Shown piece after piece: positions 62,374-64,000 of a stretch of 64,000 nt of DNA. The DNA comes from an uncultured Eubacteriales bacterium (GTDB taxonomy: Bacteria > Bacillota > Clostridia > Oscillospirales > UBA644): the NCBI GenBank assembly GCA_934438175.1, contig CAKSBH010000002.1, positions 47,406 to 111,405 of the forward strand. The letters are read 5' to 3'. How positions within the stretch are numbered: position 1 is the first letter of the stretch; the number at the start of each line of letters is the position of its first letter. The notes under the pieces are model-generated. The model worked only from the letters and a program-made list of their open reading frames with translations, made no database searches and had not been told where the DNA came from. A program made the position numbers and the translations under genes.

Positions 62374-63296
62374 TGATTGAAAAGAAAATGCCGAAGCCGA
62401 AGCATTCGCTGGAGCGCAAACTCAGTTTTTACGGCTATTTCTTTGTCGCGCCTATCATCATCGGGTTTGCCTGCCTGTACATCCCGGTTCTGGTTCAATC
62501 CGTTATCTATGCATTCAGTTCGCTCAGTTATGAAAATGCTTCGCTGCAACTGGCGCCGGTCGGTTTTCAGAACTTTCTGACGGCGATTTCGGAAGACCGG
62601 GGGGAATTCCTCCGTGTTCTGCTGAAATCCACCGTTGCGCTTCTTCCGCAGATCATCATTGTGCTTCTGTTTGCGTTCTTTATGGCGAATCTGCTGAACC
62701 AGCAGTTCCGGGGAAGAACGGTTGTCCGTGTCATCTTCTTCCTGCCGGTCATTATGTCTACCGGTATCATGGCATACGTTGAGAAGCTGTCTTCCATGGT
62801 GGATTCCTACACCTCGCAAAGCAAACTGGATGTCGGAAACGACAACGGGTTCAAATTTACCATGCTGGGATCGCTTCTGACCAACGCGCTGGATAATGAG
62901 GAGTTGTCCTCCCTGATTATGGACGCCATCACCGGCATCTACGGTGTGATTACATCGGCAGGTGTGCAGATGCTGGTGTTCCTGTCCGGACTGCAGTCCA
63001 TTTCCACCAATATGTACGAGGCAGCCAAGGTGGAAGGCGCAACCGGTTGGGAGACCTTCTGGAAGATCTCGTTCCCGATGATCAGCCCGCTGATTCTTGT
63101 CAACCTGATCTATACGGTAATCGACCTGTTCCTCGGCACCAACAACGAAGCCATTCAGTACATCAACGATGCGCTGGGCTCTTTTGAAAACTATACCAAG
63201 GCGTCTGCGCTTTCGTGGATGTATACCATTGTTATCCTTCTGTTTGTGGGCATTGTCTTCCTCCTGGTTCGCAAACTGATTGTATATCAGGATTAA
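62361..63296 (+). CDS. carbohydrate ABC transporter permease (LplB/MalF-like)
   Basis: EAA loop YEAAKVEGATGWETFWKISFP. Confidence 0.88.
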   Translation: MAKVVIEKKMPKPKHSLERKLSFYGYFFVAPIIIGFACLYIPVLVQSVIYAFSSLSYENASLQLAPVGFQNFLTAISEDRGEFLRVLLKSTVALLPQIIIVLLFAFFMANLLNQQFRGRTVVRVIFFLPVIMSTGIMAYVEKLSSMVDSYTSQSKLDVGNDNGFKFTMLGSLLTNALDNEELSSLIMDAITGIYGVITSAGVQMLVFLSGLQSISTNMYEAAKVEGATGWETFWKISFPMISPLILVNLIYTVIDLFLGTNNEAIQYINDALGSFENYTKASALSWMYTIVILLFVGIVFLLVRKLIVYQD

Positions 63297-63303
63297 GGAG
63301 GGA

Positions 63304-64000
63304 ATGAACGTGAAAACTCCTCAGTATGAATCGGAGATCAAACAGCCCAAGAAAAATACGATTTTTCAGCGGTTTGTTGACGCTGTCACGTTTAAGAAAC
63401 TGCGCACCATGGACTGGAAGTCCTGGGCACGGCGGAATCTGAACTGGCGTGGCGTCGGAAAATTCCTGTGGATCGTCTGCCGGACGGTGCTTCTGGTGGG
63501 GCTTTGCTTCCTCATTCTGTATCCGTTTGTGGTGAAAGCCATCGTTTCGTTCATGAGTCTGAACGACCTGACGGACAGTACGGTTATGTTCATTCCCCGT
63601 GAGGGATCCACCTACTTCTTCTCCAAGGCGTTTTACAGCTTGAACTACTGGAAATCTTTGGGAAACACGGCACTGCTTTCGGTCTGTGTTGCGCTTCTGC
63701 AGGTTTTCATTTCGGCGGTTGTCGGCTACGGATTCGCCCGGTTTAAGTTTGTGGGGAAGAACTTTCTGTTCTTCATGGTCATTCTTTCGCTGATTGTTCC
63801 GGCGCAGACCATCATTTTGCCGTTGTACTTCTCGTTCTCGTCCCTCGGCATGATCAACACCCTGTGGCCGGTCATTATCATCACCGCGTGCGGTCTTGGT
63901 CTGAAAAGCGGTATGTACATTTATATGATGCGTCAGTTCTTCCGTGGATTCCCGAAATCTCTTGAAGAATCCGCATACATTGACGGTGCCGGTCCGTTCC
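63304..64000 (+). CDS. carbohydrate ABC transporter permease (LplC/MalG-like), 3' end truncated by window
   Basis: ATG after TAAGGAGGG RBS; EAA loop EESAYIDGAGPF at window edge; not in ORF track because no stop within window. Confidence 0.8.
   Translation, partial: MNVKTPQYESEIKQPKKNTIFQRFVDAVTFKKLRTMDWKSWARRNLNWRGVGKFLWIVCRTVLLVGLCFLILYPFVVKAIVSFMSLNDLTDSTVMFIPREGSTYFFSKAFYSLNYWKSLGNTALLSVCVALLQVFISAVVGYGFARFKFVGKNFLFFMVILSLIVPAQTIILPLYFSFSSLGMINTLWPVIIITACGLGLKSGMYIYMMRQFFRGFPKSLEESAYIDGAGPF

Overview
This is a high-GC Firmicutes (Clostridia-like) chromosomal window centred on the replication origin, followed by a block of essential genes on the minus strand and an accessory-looking cluster of giant extracytoplasmic proteins and permease pairs at the 3' end.

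In order, the window contains:
- The origin region: murC, then mnmG-mnmE-jag-yidC-yidD-rnpA-rpmH on the minus strand reading away from dnaA, then dnaA-dnaN-recF-(DUF370)-gyrB-gyrA on the plus strand. A cluster of DnaA-box-like 9-mers lies in the dnaA-dnaN spacer.
- A run of plus-strand housekeeping genes: glyQS overlapping the gyrA stop, then prfB, ksgA and a small hypothetical protein.
- A long minus-strand block: ykgJ-like, znuBCA, ruvBAC, smpB, aconitase and ychF.
- The rpsF-ssb-rpsR operon, then ispF and a UDG-family glycosylase.
- A second minus-strand block: an SPFH/zinc-ribbon protein, secA, serS, parB and parA, with two perfect parS sites next to the parA promoter.
- A comM gene disrupted by a 4-bp tandem duplication.
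- asnS, an aminotransferase, uppP and ftsK.
- An operon made of an OmpR-type two-component system, a PflX-like radical SAM protein and a class B sortase.

The 3' 12 kb (52.2-64 kb) is the part that looks accessory. It has two modules, each a ~990-aa extracytoplasmic protein followed by an LplB/LplC-type sugar ABC permease pair. One giant protein looks like tandem CBM-like repeats fused to a solute-binding-protein fold; the other is unrecognisable. An NHL-repeat protein and a Yip1 membrane protein sit between the two modules. Upstream is a repeat-rich regulatory leader. No ATPase gene is present in the window.

I found no rRNA, tRNA, CRISPR array, transposase or prophage signal. Many long antisense ORFs in the supplied track are spurious and reflect the high GC content.
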